Of a stretch of 64,000 nucleotides of DNA, positions 26,266 to 46,700 are shown piece by piece; the first letter of the stretch is position 1; the number at the start of each line of letters is the position of its first letter. The notes under the pieces are model-generated. The model did no database searches. It was not told the origin of the DNA and worked only from the letters and a program-made list of their open reading frames with translations. Source of the DNA: Schmidtea polychroa (taxonomy: Eukaryota); contig CM097885.1 of the NCBI GenBank assembly GCA_044892525.1, positions 30,320,001 through 30,384,000 of the forward strand, given 5' to 3'. The position numbers and the translations under genes were made by a program.

Positions 26266-27501
26266 TTACCACGATTTTTAGTGTAGACCACTTGTTTCTC
26301 AGGACCAAGGAGACCCCCTCACTATAGTCTGAAAATTCCATGCTTTTTTAGTGGTAGTCGGATTTTTGTATTGAAAATCCCAGTACCATCGAGACCCCCT
26401 CACTATTGTGTGAAAATTCCATGCTTTTTTAGTGGTAGTCGGATTTTTGTATTGAAAAGATTTTATTTGTATTGAAAATCCCAGGACCATCGTTTTTGTA
26501 TTGAAAAAAATTTATTTGTATTGAAAATCCCAGGACCATCGAGACCCCCTCACTATAGTGTGGAACAATTGCGTAATCAAAAGTTGCAGCAAAAAAAATC
26601 GTGCAGCAGGGAGCCACTATCTACCTACTGACGTAGTAAAACGAATAAAATACTTTTTATCGTGATTTTCAAAAAAAAGTAGAACATGTTTGGAATCACA
26701 TTTTGATTTACTTGATTGTGAAATTTCAAATTTAATTATTTTTATCTATTATAGTATCATTTAATTTATTAGGAGAAATATGTAAAATTATTATATGGAA
26801 CGCCCCCTTTACCGCTGTTTTTCTTTTGGATATTGTGATAAGGGAACCAAATGGATTATATCATTACAAAGAAATCTGGTATAACGCTCAGAGTATGACA
26901 AATTGTCTATGTAAGTTGAAGTTTAATTATGTCAGATTTGTGAGAGTAGCAAGTATGATGAGAGGTTATATAATTGTTGACTGGATAAAATGGTTGGATA
27001 GACCATTTATGGGTTTATGGCATAAATGATCCATTGCTAAGTCTTGAAAAATATTATACTCAAACCTCACAGAGATTTCCATGTGAGGGTGATGATTATG
27101 ACTGCTTGTTGATGAAAGTAGCAAACTAGAAAATAGAAAATTAAAAGATAGAAGCTGAAAGCCATCAAACTAGAGTTACGGCGGCTGAACCTTTCAAACT
27201 GAAAGTTAACCGATTAGTGCGGCAGATATTCGCCTGCAGTATAAATGGTAGAGGGGATTCGTCCAACTAAGGAAAATCATATTTGATTCGGCTCAAAAGA
27301 AATGGTCAGCACATGCGAAGTATTTTTACTTCATACATATCAACCTCGGAAAATTTGAAATGCATTTATCCACTTAGTACCAAATTATCTTGTCGGTTGA
27401 ATTTTTATTTTAAATAATCTTGTAATGATTAATGCTATTATGATTAATGCTTCACTTTCAAGGAATTAATTCATTGTCATATTTATTTCATTGTTATAAA
27501 C

Positions 27502-27641
27502 AATTAAACGATAACTTAAGCCTTTTGCTGCGAATAATATATTTAATACAAATGAAAAAAATTCGACTATAAGATAGGTAAGTTTTTTCATTTGTATTAA
27601 ATATATTATTCGCAGCAAAAGGCTTAAATTATCATTTAATT
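27502..27641. repeat. About 140-bp hairpin / MITE-like inverted repeat
   Basis: TTAAGCCTTTTGCTGCGAATAATATATTTAATACAAATGAAAAAA and its reverse complement, separated by about 22 nt. Confidence 0.85.
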
Positions 27642-30600
27642 TTTTAAAATTTAATTAATGCTGCTAACAAGTAATTATCACTTTATATTATTTCATTAAA
27701 AATTTCAATATTATTTTAATTTTTCCCTTGATTTCCAATTTTATTATTTTTATTAAGGCTTTATACATATTTTTAAGATTTTCATTTTATATCAAAGAAC
27801 TTAAGCTAATTTTCTTATTTCAGTAAAATATGATTATTAAGACCTTTTATTGTAACGGTTTGATAGTTTTGATTTGTGCATTTCATTTTTAGTTGTCGTC
27901 ATTGCTGTTACAGATTGACATCAAATAATTATTATTCATTTTTTTAAACGGAATTTATTATTGTAAATCTTCATTTTTACCAATGCAATGTACAAGAAAT
28001 GTTAAATTTTGCGGATTTAAATTTTCAAAAAAATCAAAAAGAGGTTTTTTAATTTGCAATTTTTATTTTTATTTTTCATTCATAATAATAATAATTATAA
28101 TAATGATTATTATTATTATTATTATTACTATATGTAATTTATATCTTTTAAGAGAATTGTAAATTTTGATGCTTTTTCTAATGATATTCAAGAATATTTA
28201 AATAGTTTTAACTGAATTTAGCGAATTTTTAATAAAAATTTTTGTTGTTTAGGATATAAACGTTCCAAATCTGGATTTTTATTATTCTTTCTGATGTTAG
28301 ACTGTCATGAGTTTGACAAGAAAATAAAATATAGAAATTTTAATGAAATATTTATTATTCGAATATTTAATGAATAATAATTATTGAAATGATAAATAAA
28401 ATACATGAATAATAAAATAATTAAAAATAAATGGTAAATTAGAATAAATTATCTTTAAAAAATAAATACTCTAGCATCCCATTTAAAGGACATTAGCATG
28501 AAAATGTAAAAGTTATTTATATATACTATAAATTTATTATAAATTATTTTTATGAGAAAGCTAAAGAGATTAAGTTTCACTTTGTGTAAATTTGTATCAA
28601 TTTATATTGAAGTTGATATATAAAAATTCAATGATAACGAAAACAACACAGCAAAATATAAAACGTTGAAAATTATCAAAAATTGTCTGTTATACATTCT
28701 TTAAGTGATATTGTGAAATAGGACCTCGAAATTAGGAACTTCGTCTGGTTAATAAGATAGAATAAAGATTTGCACAAAAAGTTATAAAATTTCTTTGGTA
28801 AAATGATCTAATCTCAGGCAGGAGGTTAAATTTGATTGTGTGCATTATTTTTTATGTTTTTCAATCGTGCTCTAATGTAATATATTAATATTGCTAAAAA
28901 TACCCCCCCAAATACCAGGTCATCTAGAAGGGGGTGATTTTTAGGTTTGAATGATTTTGTGATATAAAATCTATCAATCAAATCACTAAGTGTTTTACTG
29001 GTTAAAAAAACTAGACTATCTATTGTTTTCATATATTGTATTTAAATTACAAAATTATTTCGAAAATTATTTTATCGTCTAAAAAGTTAAAAGTCTTTGA
29101 TGAGATATCATCTTTCTTATAAACAGGGCGAAAAATGTGTTATGAAAAATTCTTTTTAAATATTGTAGAGGTGGGTGAAAGGAAGCGACTTGGAAAATAA
29201 AATTTTAAAGGAGAAGTGTTAACAAAACTTAAGAAAATCAAGTAAATATTGAATACTGCAATAGTGTTTTTTTAACTTTCTCAAAAAATGTTATTTTTCA
29301 TAATATTTGGATTATAGGAAAAAAATATTAAAGATACTGACAGCACAGTTAATACACTGCGTTACATTTGATAAAAACTGATTATACTATAAAAAATACT
29401 CAATAAGTTATATTATAAGATACATACAAACTCACCTATATGCAGTTACACCTGTTAATTTATTATAGGATTCCAGAAATGGTGGACAAAATAAAGAAAT
29501 ATTACAAACACGATTCATGCAATTACTATAATGAAACAAACATATAAACAATCAATAAAATACATCCATTTTTAATCAAATAATTTTTTACGACAAATTT
29601 CCGAAACTTTACCAAATTCTCAAGGACAATACTCGAAATTTACTTTTGGGGAAAATGAAGAAAGAAATTCGAGAGTTTTAATTGTTTATTATAAATAATT
29701 GTTGTCAAATTATTGTGAAAAATTCATATACACCATATTTAAAAATGTTTTTACAAAGGCTTTGATAAAATATTAAATTTAAAAAAACTTTTTTGAAATA
29801 ATTTTGGCATTAAAATTCACTTAAATAATTTAAATATGTGAAATTTTAATAATTTGTTATAAAACCTTAACAATAATTTAACTTTGTATGTAAAATCCTG
29901 TCTGTTAATTTAAAATTTTAATCAAATTAAAACTTTTTAATTGCTTTTATTTAATATTATTTTCTGAATAAATATTTAAATAATCAAATTCATGGTACTT
30001 CCATTAGTACTTTATGATTTTCAGTTCTGTATGCTTGTCAAAAATAAACAAATAATAATATAAAAAGCGATTTTCGAAGTTTTATAGTGGAGAATCTCGT
30101 ACTTAGTCAATTGGAGTGGGAAACAGAAATACATAATTACAGTATTTAAATATATAACCCAACTGAAGTATTTTGATAGTCATCTTTCACTGACATTTGT
30201 ACTTCGACTGGATGGTAATTATAAAGTGATCTTCAGTATGCAATCATCTTGTGCAGCATTTTGAAGATATTTAACACTGCGTGAAACGATAATATCATTT
30301 TGTTGTTTTCAGCCTCTACGATTCATAGATTGGAATGAAGTTCATCGGAAATGTGGGTCACAAAATTGAAATGTGGTAACTTAAAAAATAGACTAATATA
30401 ATAAATGTTTTTTATTAAATCATGTTGTTAAAAACCCTTAGTCTAGACAAATGTACATAAAGAAATAAATTTTCAAGCGGGTCAATAAATGTGTGATGTT
30501 TTTATGTTTAATTTATTATTAATAGCAAATTTGAACAAAACAAATTAATCAAATTTTAGTTAAACAACAGCTGAGTTGTAAAAATGACATTAAATTGTTT

Positions 30601-31570
30601 TTAAATGATAGCTCTTCATATAATAAGTGCTATTGAAAATTAAAAACCGTAATATTAGTTTCAACGAAATATAATTATAACATAATTTCTGATGTTTTGT
30701 CTGCAATAACATATAAATTCTGTCAACTATGAGATAAAATTAACATTTTATTTTCCTATTAGATTCATCCCTTCCAATGGTGCTTTCACAAAAATTGTGA
30801 CATTAATTAGAGAAATATTAATAATTAAAAGAAATAATTTAAAATATGATAAATATAAGCTGTTGTGTAATCTACGTTATAAGATTGTCTCGGTGTCGTG
30901 TTGTTTGTGCATTATACATTTCAAATTCTGATTAGATTGTGATCAGGTTTCGTTTATCAATTTAAACTTTCAACTGAGGATATTGATTAATATTAGCTTT
31001 ATATGTAGAGGGTGGTATGTTTGTGTTTGTATTGTTGTATTTTGAGTGATACAAGAAAAACTTCTGTGCAAAATGATGTAATCTTTGTTTTTTGAATTTT
31101 TTAAATGTTATATTTAAACCACTTGGGGCTTTGTTTTAGGTTATTTAAAGGATTAAATTGTTCTGTTAAAATGACATAATTCTTAAATTTAATAAAAATA
31201 AATTAATTAAACATGGAAATGATTTAATTATTAGAATATACCTTTCATAGATATATTTTACGATATATTTCGAAGATTTTAATGTCATCATGAGGTAAAA
31301 TAGAAAGACACTCGTTATTAATAATTTATTATTAATAATATTTTAAAATTATGGTTCATTTAATTCGTATCAAATTGTCTAATTATTGTTTAAATTAATC
31401 ATTATTTTCAAAGATAATATTTAGAGCATTTTAAAATAATTTTCATTTTAGTAATCAATCTATAAATTTCAAAATTTTTTAAAACAAAGTCATTTAACTT
31501 ATTAATCTAACCATTCATTTCATTTGAAAAAACAACAAAAACCCACGTACTCTAATGTGTTCAAGATTTT

Positions 31571-31744
<174 letters not shown>

Positions 31745-32160
31745 TATTTCTTATATATTATTTCTTCTTGAGTTCTAGTTGTATCAACATTGTCCTCTGA
31801 CAGTTTTAATAGGCTTACTTAGATTAAAATTCAATTATTCCAAATCTTTCATTTAAAATTTATTTAAAATAATTGTTTGTTGAAAATTATTTTTAAAAAT
31901 AATTATTTAAAATTGTTTTTTATAATTTAAAAATTTTATAGATCTTATAATTTGTTTATAAATTATCAATATCCGTCGTGAATGTAGGTAACCTGATGAT
32001 GATAGTGATGCTATGGAAATATATAGTGAAAAAGATGTACGAATGACGATATATATATATTATTCCTAAAAATATAACGCGATGTTTAAAACAATTATCC
32101 ATAGCAAAGATTAGTTTTGTTTTTGTTTCGTTCCTAAACTTTTTCAATGTCATTTTTCAG

Positions 32161-38096
<5,936 letters not shown>

Positions 38097-38609
38097 AATT
38101 TTGTCAACTCGATTCGTTTTCGGTATTTTATTCCCGAATTTGTTTTTGAGTCTTCAATATAAATTATTAGAAAGATATTCATACTGATGGTAAAGGAGGT
38201 GGAAGGGGTGGGGGCGGTAATGAATTAACATTGTTATTAATTTAAGTGCACTTGATTATTCACTTGATATATTCAAAAAACTGATTACGTAATAATTTCC
38301 ATTATTCGAACAAACGATTTAAATGCGATTTAATTAATTTAATAATAATGATAATTATGCGTGCCAGCATTTATACTTATAATACTTTTTCTATATAATA
38401 ATATTTGTAACTTATAATACAATATATATTTTATTTATAAATTTGTTATTTCAATATTCCTAACAAACATTAAAATGTAGGAATTTTTGAACTTGAAGTA
38501 GTATACAAACCTTCGTACTGTAATTCACTTTGAAAAGTTACGAGAAGTAAATTAGGAATTGTTCAATCTCAAAATAGTAGGTAGAAGTGAGCCCACGATG
38601 ACTCATCGT

Positions 38610-38960
38610 TAAGGTCAACTTAAGGTCATAGAAAATTTTGAGGTCAACTTAAGGTCAAATTTTAAGGTCAATGTCATTTTCAGGTCAATTTAAGGTCAAT
38701 TTAAGCCATTTAAAGGTCAAATTCTGAGGTCAAAGTCGATTTTAGGCCATTTTAAGGTCAAATCTTGAGGTCAAAGTCGATTTTAGGCTATTTTAAGGTC
38801 AACTTCTGAGGCCAAAGTCTAATTTTTCCAAATTTTAAGGTCATAGGAAATTTTAAGGTCAACCCCCCTACCCCCTACCCCTATTTTTAAGGTCATAGAA
38901 AATTTTAAGGTCAACCCCCTACCCCCTACCCCTAATTTTAAGGTCAAATCAAGGTCAAAA
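38610..38960. repeat. Subterminal (A/G)AGGTCA repeat array with CCCCCTACCCCCTACCCC units; mirror at 48745-49212
   Basis: Seen directly; 2 C/G-tract units in the left arm and 4 in the right arm. Confidence 0.9.
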
Positions 38961-39464
38961 ATTAAAAATTTTCTAAGTCCATTTAACGAATTACTTTATA
39001 GAAAATTTTCAAAGTCAAAACACGTTTTAATACTACGTTTGCAAATGTCTTTGTTACTCATGCATTTGCATTGCAAATGTCTTTGTTACTCATGCACTTG
39101 TATTGCATATGTCTTTGTATTACACACCTTAAGGATAGAAAAATATTTCTAAGCGAGATCTAAAGTGAATGTGTGTAAAGGGCAATAAATAAGGGTAAAA
39201 TCAAAATTTTTTAAGAAAATACATGTAATTTGATTAAAATTTATGAAAACTATATATATATATATATTTGTTTTATTTTGGTCAGATAATCTATGTGTGT
39301 CTGTATATGAAAACATTGATAAGGAGCAATAAATAATGGACGGTTTTACTCACACACAAGTTTTATATCATTCGAAAGTCTACTATATATATAATACATA
39401 ATTGAATCGAATCAAAATAAGGGTAAAATAAATGGTAAAATAAAATGGTCATTATCAGACATTT

Positions 39465-39524
<60 letters not shown>

Positions 39525-39606
39525 ATCTATTTATTTTAAATAAAAATATGTAATTATGATCATAGTTAATTTAAGCACATATTTATTTCACTTTTCACAA
39601 AATAAT

Positions 39607-39656
39607 TTTAAAATACCACAACGTAATATATTTTCTATCTTAATTTTAATTGGCTG
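39607..39656 (+). promoter_or_regulatory. Putative pPolB promoter motif with inverted CCAAT; mirror at 48072-48121
   Basis: TTTTAAAATACC(A/G)CAACGTAATATATT..ATTTT(A/G)ATTGG is shared with element A (20395-20455); about 65 nt before the predicted ATG at 39718. Confidence 0.55.
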
Positions 39657-39717
39657 GAGAATAAAGTATGCTTTTCATTATAAACATTTTCATTATTACA
39701 AAATAACTTTAGAAATA

Positions 39718-42700
39718 ATGATCACAGACATCGATTACGAAAATGGTATTTTCATTATTTTTTAATTCATTTTAATATATATATATATATATTTATTTTC
39801 TAGATAGCGATTGTGTCATAATTGAAGAACATTTTGTTACTTCGATACCTGCAAACGAATATGGACGAAAAAGTTAAATAATAATAATTCATTGCTTATT
39901 CTTAATTGTCTTTTCCAGGAAATTTTAATGAGGATTCAGTTGATGATTCAGTTGCTTGTGCTGCTGGAACTATTGAATATTTCGCAAAGAAGATAAAATG
40001 TAAGTAAATTACAAAATTTAACTTAGATTTCTAGTTATATATTTCTTTGTTTAAGAAAATTTAAATTAGTAAAAAATGATATTTAATCAGATGTTAATAT
40101 TTAGATGAATTCATTTAAATAAATTTCTTAAAATTAATGAAAATTAGTAATATATTAATTATTAATTAAAATTAGTACAAAGTTAATATATTTACTGAAA
40201 TTATTTTTTAGACAATATTTTAATTATTGATAAGGAATATTATTTTTTACTATAAGTAACCTAATTATAGAAAAGATATTTATTATACCAGAAATAAACA
40301 GAATTCTGTCACTGATGTCAAATTAAAAAAATATAAACTTCTGCTTTTGATATCTCTGAGAATAATTTTCTAAAACAATTTTCATGAAAAATAGGTGAAG
40401 AAATTATATACTTTACCTGTTAAAGAAAAGTATGACTACAAAAACAATTGATGTTTCAGATTTTCAATATATAATATTAACAATTTTAATTGTATTATAA
40501 AAATTTCAGATTTGAAGATAAAAATGTTCATTTATGCAACTCAAATTTTTGCCCAAGTCCTTTGAAGCATAAATAATATACGTATCACATAAATACAAAT
40601 ATATTGATATATAAACTGAAAAAAAAAAGTACAAAGTTAATATATTTACTGAAATTATTTTTTTTAGACAATATTAATATAGTTATTGTTAGTTTATTTT
40701 AACTATATTACGACGATCAACTTTAATTTTATTATAAAAAAAAAATGATGAAAGTATAAATAAAACTTCATTTTAAAATCGAATTTTTATTTGCAATATT
40801 ATTTTTACATTAATCAACTAAGATGAGATTAATTTAAAATTTGATTGCATCACGAAACTTCTAGTATTTCATGTAAGTGAAATTAAAAGTATATGGATTG
40901 TTAAATAATTGTCATATTTCTATAGTTCTTTGTTTAAGAAAATTTAAAATAGTAAAAAAAAAATGATATTTAATCAGATGTTTATTGGTAAATATTTAGA
41001 TATTTAGATTTAGATTTAGATTTAAATAAATTTCTTAAAATTATTGAGAATTATTGAGACTTCCACTCCAAGGGCCATATATAATAAATTAGTACAAAGT
41101 TCAAATTTTAAATGAAATTTATTAGACAATATATATATTTTTTTAACTATATTAAGACGTTCAACATGAATTTTATTATAAAAAATAATGAAAGTATAAA
41201 TGAAACTTCATTTCAAAAATATGAATTGTGATAAAAAAAAAATTGAACAATTTTGAAATAACTAAGGGCATTCAATAATATTGTAACTCATTAAATAAAG
41301 TTTACATAGTGAGCTAAATGCTGCCCTTGTCCATTTTTATGGTGTATAGAGGTGAAAAATAAATTTAGATGCACAATGAAATTTAAAAGTGTAAATCTAT
41401 AAAAAGTTAAAATTTATAAAAAAAAAATTGAAAATTCGAAAAAATTAAAAATTGATGCATGTATGTACGTATGGCAAATAAAAAGACTAGCACAAATACA
41501 ATAAAATAAAATCATCTAGGACATCCACTTAATGATTTATTTTATGAATGATTATAATTGATTTTATCTTATTTTGAATTTGAATAAATAATTGAATATA
41601 CCCTGGACAAATTAACTTAATTATAAATTTTAATATATTAATAATTTTGGAATAATAATAATTAAGATAAATGATAATCAATAGAGATAAATGAATTACC
41701 GATAATATAAATGAAATTCAATATTATAAATAAACCATATAATTAAACCATTTAATGGTTAAAAATAAATAAAACATAAAACATAAAATAATAAAATAAA
41801 TATATTATAAAATTAAATAATTCCTTTTTATATTGCATTTCGCTATATAAACCAAGATCAAAATCAACCTTTCCGCCCATAAAAATATAAACTTTTGAGA
41901 GATGTTTATTGTTAAATATATTTAAAAAGAAACATAATAAAGCAATTGTAATTATTTAAGGCAATTTATACAAACAATGTTGCACCGCAAAAGAACATGA
42001 TGGGAAACAATGCCATGAAGCAATGGAAAAATACTATTTAAGAAATTATTATAATAAAAAATATTATTTATGCCCATTTTGCGAAGCTCTTTTCACTAAG
42101 CCCTATGAAATATTTTATAATGATCACAAAGATCATCTTACATATTTTAAATCTGATAAGAAAGAAATTTTTAAAAAATTATTTAATAACGGTATAATAG
42201 ACGTACCTACTAAAAAACAAAAACTTAATGATAACATCATCATTATAGATGAATCTGATGATGATGATGTTATCGTTATAGGTGAATCAAGGAATTTTTT
42301 AAATTATCAAATTGGTTGTGGATCAACTAATTTGATAGAAGATATTGAAGAATCAGTGGAAGAACCAGTGGAAGAACCGATGGAAGAACCTGTGGAAACG
42401 GAACAAATAGTAGAAGAGGACAATATATGGGATGATTTCCAGATTGTTAATGAATGGGAACCTACTGAAGAAGTCGAGATTGAATCTGACTTGAAAAATT
42501 GTCATAAAACAATTAAAATGTCGTTCAAAAACATGAATGAGATAAATCTACCCGAAAATTTCTCTGAGAAACTATTATCTACAATCAAGGAGATGAAAAC
42601 TGTGAAAGTTCAATTCGGGATAGAATGTGATTTCGAAAAGGATGGAGAATTCCAATCATCAAGATTTTCTAACAAAGCGGTGATGGTAACTGAGAACAAT

Positions 42701-43774
42701 TTTGAAAAGTTTATTGCAGATGGTATTGAAAAGCTGCACGAGAAAATTCATATCAGATCGGAACTTGGAAGCGGATGGCGTCTGATAAGAATAATTGAAA
42801 TAAATTTCAAAATAACTAAGATTTCCGAAATATCCAGATTATCCGGAAGAAATTATATTCCAACTCCGAAAGCCTTAATAAATAAAAATGCATTAATAAA
42901 TGTGATCAACGGAGATGATATGTGTTTCATATACAGTGTGCTAGCCAATTTGAAAAAAGATATCATTATTACTGATAATACAAATGTTGAAAATTATACA
43001 CAGTTCTTATCCGAATTGGTATATAATGAATTAGATATGCCAATGAAATTGAAGGACATTTCAAAATTCGAAAAGCATAACGAAGGAATTGCTATCAATG
43101 TCCTCAGTTACAATCCTAAAAATATGATTGATATCGATAATGTGGATATTATAATGAAACATCCACATATTGATATAATACATCGGACTAAAGTAACTGG
43201 GGTTACACCGATGTATTTACTATTGTTAGAATCGAATGGCCAATACCACTATACTGCAGTTCCAGATTTACAGCGATTAATGAATTGTAGAAAAACTCAT
43301 AGTTGCCCAGTCCGTATTCAATGCAGATGGTGCGAGACATGTTTAAATGGTTTTAGAAGAGAAGATGCTTTTGACAGGCATGTAGCTTTATGCAAGAAAA
43401 ACCAATTGGGCACAACATTATACACGTTGCCAGAAAACTCAGATTTAAAATTTAATGACTGGTCAAAAATGGTAACTCCGCCTTTTGTTATATATGCTGA
43501 CTTCGAAGCTGTTTTACCTCTTGATGAAATATGGGCTCAATCAATTTCCTCATTGGAGTCTCAGCTGCATACCAACAAGCACTGAGAAATTTTTAACATT
43601 GATAGCATGGCTGGGTAAATTTACAATAAGATTTATTTACTCATATCAGTTTGTCAATACTTCATTACATACTGCAGTAAAAACATTGAACGACTTGCCT
43701 TTGACCCGTTCAGTATTCAATACTGCAACCATCATAAACAACAAAGGAATTTTTCCTTATGATTTTGCCACAAG
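39718..43774 (+). pseudogene. Truncated pPolB, left copy. Predicted exons 39718-39745, 39804-39872, 39919-39999, 41961 onward; internal deletion and frameshift at 43529; stop at 43585
   Basis: ELGSGW, DMCFIYSVL, YHY, CETC..H..C and Exo I YADFEA present; after the deletion KYGLNQFPHW..KGIFPYDFAT continues in another frame. No polymerase motifs A/B/C. Confidence 0.9.
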
Positions 43775-46700
43775 TGAGGAAATTGATTGAGCCCATATTT
43801 CAAAATGTGATGTAGATCATACCCTTTCAGATTATGAAATACGATGGGTAATGTTTCTCTGATTTTCCTTTGTTGATTGCATACATTGCATGAGGCTCCG
43901 AGATATATGCCAGTGAAATGATCATGGTCTTTCACTTTCTCTGGCATTGGCTTTTTGCACAAGTAACAATTGACTGCTGTGTGGAATTGCAGCTTTTCCT
44001 GATTTGTCAAAAATTTCATTTGACAATGCCCTCTTGTCTTATAATAAACCTTCACTATATTGTTGACAATATTTTCTACATCCATCAGAAATCTGTATAC
44101 ACAATCTGGTCCAATAAAATGACTATATTTCGTTGACCCAGTAAAATTATTTACCAGTAACAGCCCCGCTGCTATAGGTAAATGTTTTTGGTGTTGTCTT
44201 TCATCAAGAGGTAAAACAGCTTCGAAGTCAGCATATATAACAAAAGGCGGAGTTACCATTTTTGACCAGTCATTAAATTTTAAATCTGAGTTTTCTGGCA
44301 ACGTGTATAATGTTGTGCCCAATTGGTTTTTCTTGCATAAAGCTACATGCCTGTCAAAAGCATCTTCTCTTCTAAAACCATTTAAACATGTCTCGCACCA
44401 TCTGCATTGAATACGGACTGGGCAACTATGAGTTTTTCTACAATTCATTAATCGCTGTAAATCTGGAACTGCAGTATAGTGGTATTGGCCATTCGATTCT
44501 AACAATAGTAAATACATCGGTGTAACCCCAGTTACTTTAGTCCGATGTATTATATCAATATGTGGATGTTTCATTATAATATCCACATTATCGATATCAA
44601 TTATATTTTTAGGATTGTAACTGAGGACATTGATAGCAATTCCTTCGTTATGCTTTTCGAATTTTGAAATGTCCTTCAATTTCATTGGCATATCTAATTC
44701 ATTATATACCAATTCGGATAAGAACTGTGTATAATTTTCAACATTTGTATTATCAGTAATAATGATATCTTTTTTCAAATTGGCTAGCACACTGTATATG
44801 AAACACATATCATCTCCGTTGATCACATTTATTAATGCATTTTTATTTATTAAGGCTTTCGGAGTTGGAATATAATTTCTTCCGGATAATCTGGATATTT
44901 CGGAAATCTTAGTTATTTTGAAATTTATTTCAATTATTCTTATCAGACGCCATCCGCTTCCAAGTTCCGATCTGATATGAATTTTCTCGTGCAGCTTTTC
45001 AATACCATCTGCAATAAACTTTTCAAAATTGTTCTCAGTTACCATCACCGCTTTGTTAGAAAATCTTGATGATTGGAATTCTCCATCCTTTTCGAAATCA
45101 CATTCTATCCCGAATTGAACTTTCACAGTTTTCATCTCCTTGATTGTAGATAATAGTTTCTCAGAGAAATTTTCGGGTAGATTTATCTCATTCATGTTTT
45201 TGAACGACATTTTAATTGTTTTATGACAATTTTTCAAGTCAGATTCAATCTCGACTTCTTCAGTAGGTTCCCATTCATTAACAATCTGGAAATCATCCCA
45301 TATATTGTCCTCTTCTACTATTTGTTCCGTTTCCACAGGTTCTTCCATCGGTTCTTCCACTGGTTCTTCCACTGATTCTTCAATATCTTCTATCAAATTA
45401 GTTGATCCACAACCAATTTGATAATTTAAAAAATTCCTTGATTCACCTATAACGATAACATCATCATCATCAGATTCATCTATAATGATGATGTTATCAT
45501 TAAGTTTTTGTTTTTTAGTAGGTACGTCTATTATACCGTTATTAAATAATTTTTTAAAAATTTCTTTCTTATCAGATTTAAAATATGTAAGATGATCTTT
45601 GTGATCATTATAAAATATTTCATAGGGCTTAGTGAAAAGAGCTTCGCAAAATGGGCATAAATAATATTTTTTATTATAATAATTTCTTAAATAGTATTTT
45701 TCCATTGCTTCATGGCATTGTTTCCCATCATGTTCTTTTGCGGTGCAACATTGTTTGTATAAATTGCCTTAAATAATTACAATTGCTTTATTATGTTTCT
45801 TTTTAAATATATTTAACAATAAACATCTCTCAAAAGTTTATATTTTTATGGGCGGAAAGGTTGATTTTGATCTTGGTTTATATAGCGAAATGCAATATAA
45901 AAAGGAATTATTTAATTTTATAATATATTTATTTTATTATTTTATGTTTTATGTTTTATTTATTTTTAACCATTAAATGGTTTAATTATATGGTTTATTT
46001 ATAATATTGAATTTCATTTATATTATCGGTAATTCATTTATCTCTATTGATTATCATTTATCTTAATTATTATTATTCCAAAATTATTAATATATTAAAA
46101 TTTATAATTAAGTTAATTTGTCCAGGGTATATTCAATTATTTATTCAAATTCAAAATAAGATAAAATCAATTATAATCATTCATAAAATAAATCATTAAG
46201 TGGATGTCCTAGATGATTTTATTTTATTGTATTTGTGCTAGTCTTTTTATTTGCCATACGTACATACATGCATCAATTTTTAATTTTTTCGAATTTTCAA
46301 TTTTTTTTTTATAAATTTTAACTTTTTATAGATTTACACTTTTAAATTTCATTGTGCATCTAAATTTATTTTTCACCTCTATACACCATAAAAATGGACA
46401 AGGGCAGCATTTAGCTCACTATGTAAACTTTATTTAATGAGTTACAATATTATTGAATGCCCTTAGTTATTTCAAAATTGTTCAATTTTTTTTTTATCAC
46501 AATTCATATTTTTGAAATGAAGTTTCATTTATACTTTCATTATTTTTTATAATAAAATTCATGTTGAACGTCTTAATATAGTTAAAAAAATATATATATT
46601 GTCTAATAAATTTCATTTAAAATTTGAACTTTGTACTAATTTATTATATATGGCCCTTGGAGTGGAAGTCTCAATAATTCTCAATAATTTTAAGAAATTT

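Larger units (their letters stand above)
14951..26629. mobile_element. Element A: non-coding, diverged giant palindrome of the AGTAGG family; left outer arm missing
   Basis: About 14951-18090 is the reverse complement of about 20330-23741, with substitutions and indels. Right end reads AGTAGGTAGATAGTGGCTCCCTGCTGCAC on the minus strand from 26629. 25100-26629 is homologous to the reverse complement of 54397-55580. Confidence 0.85.
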
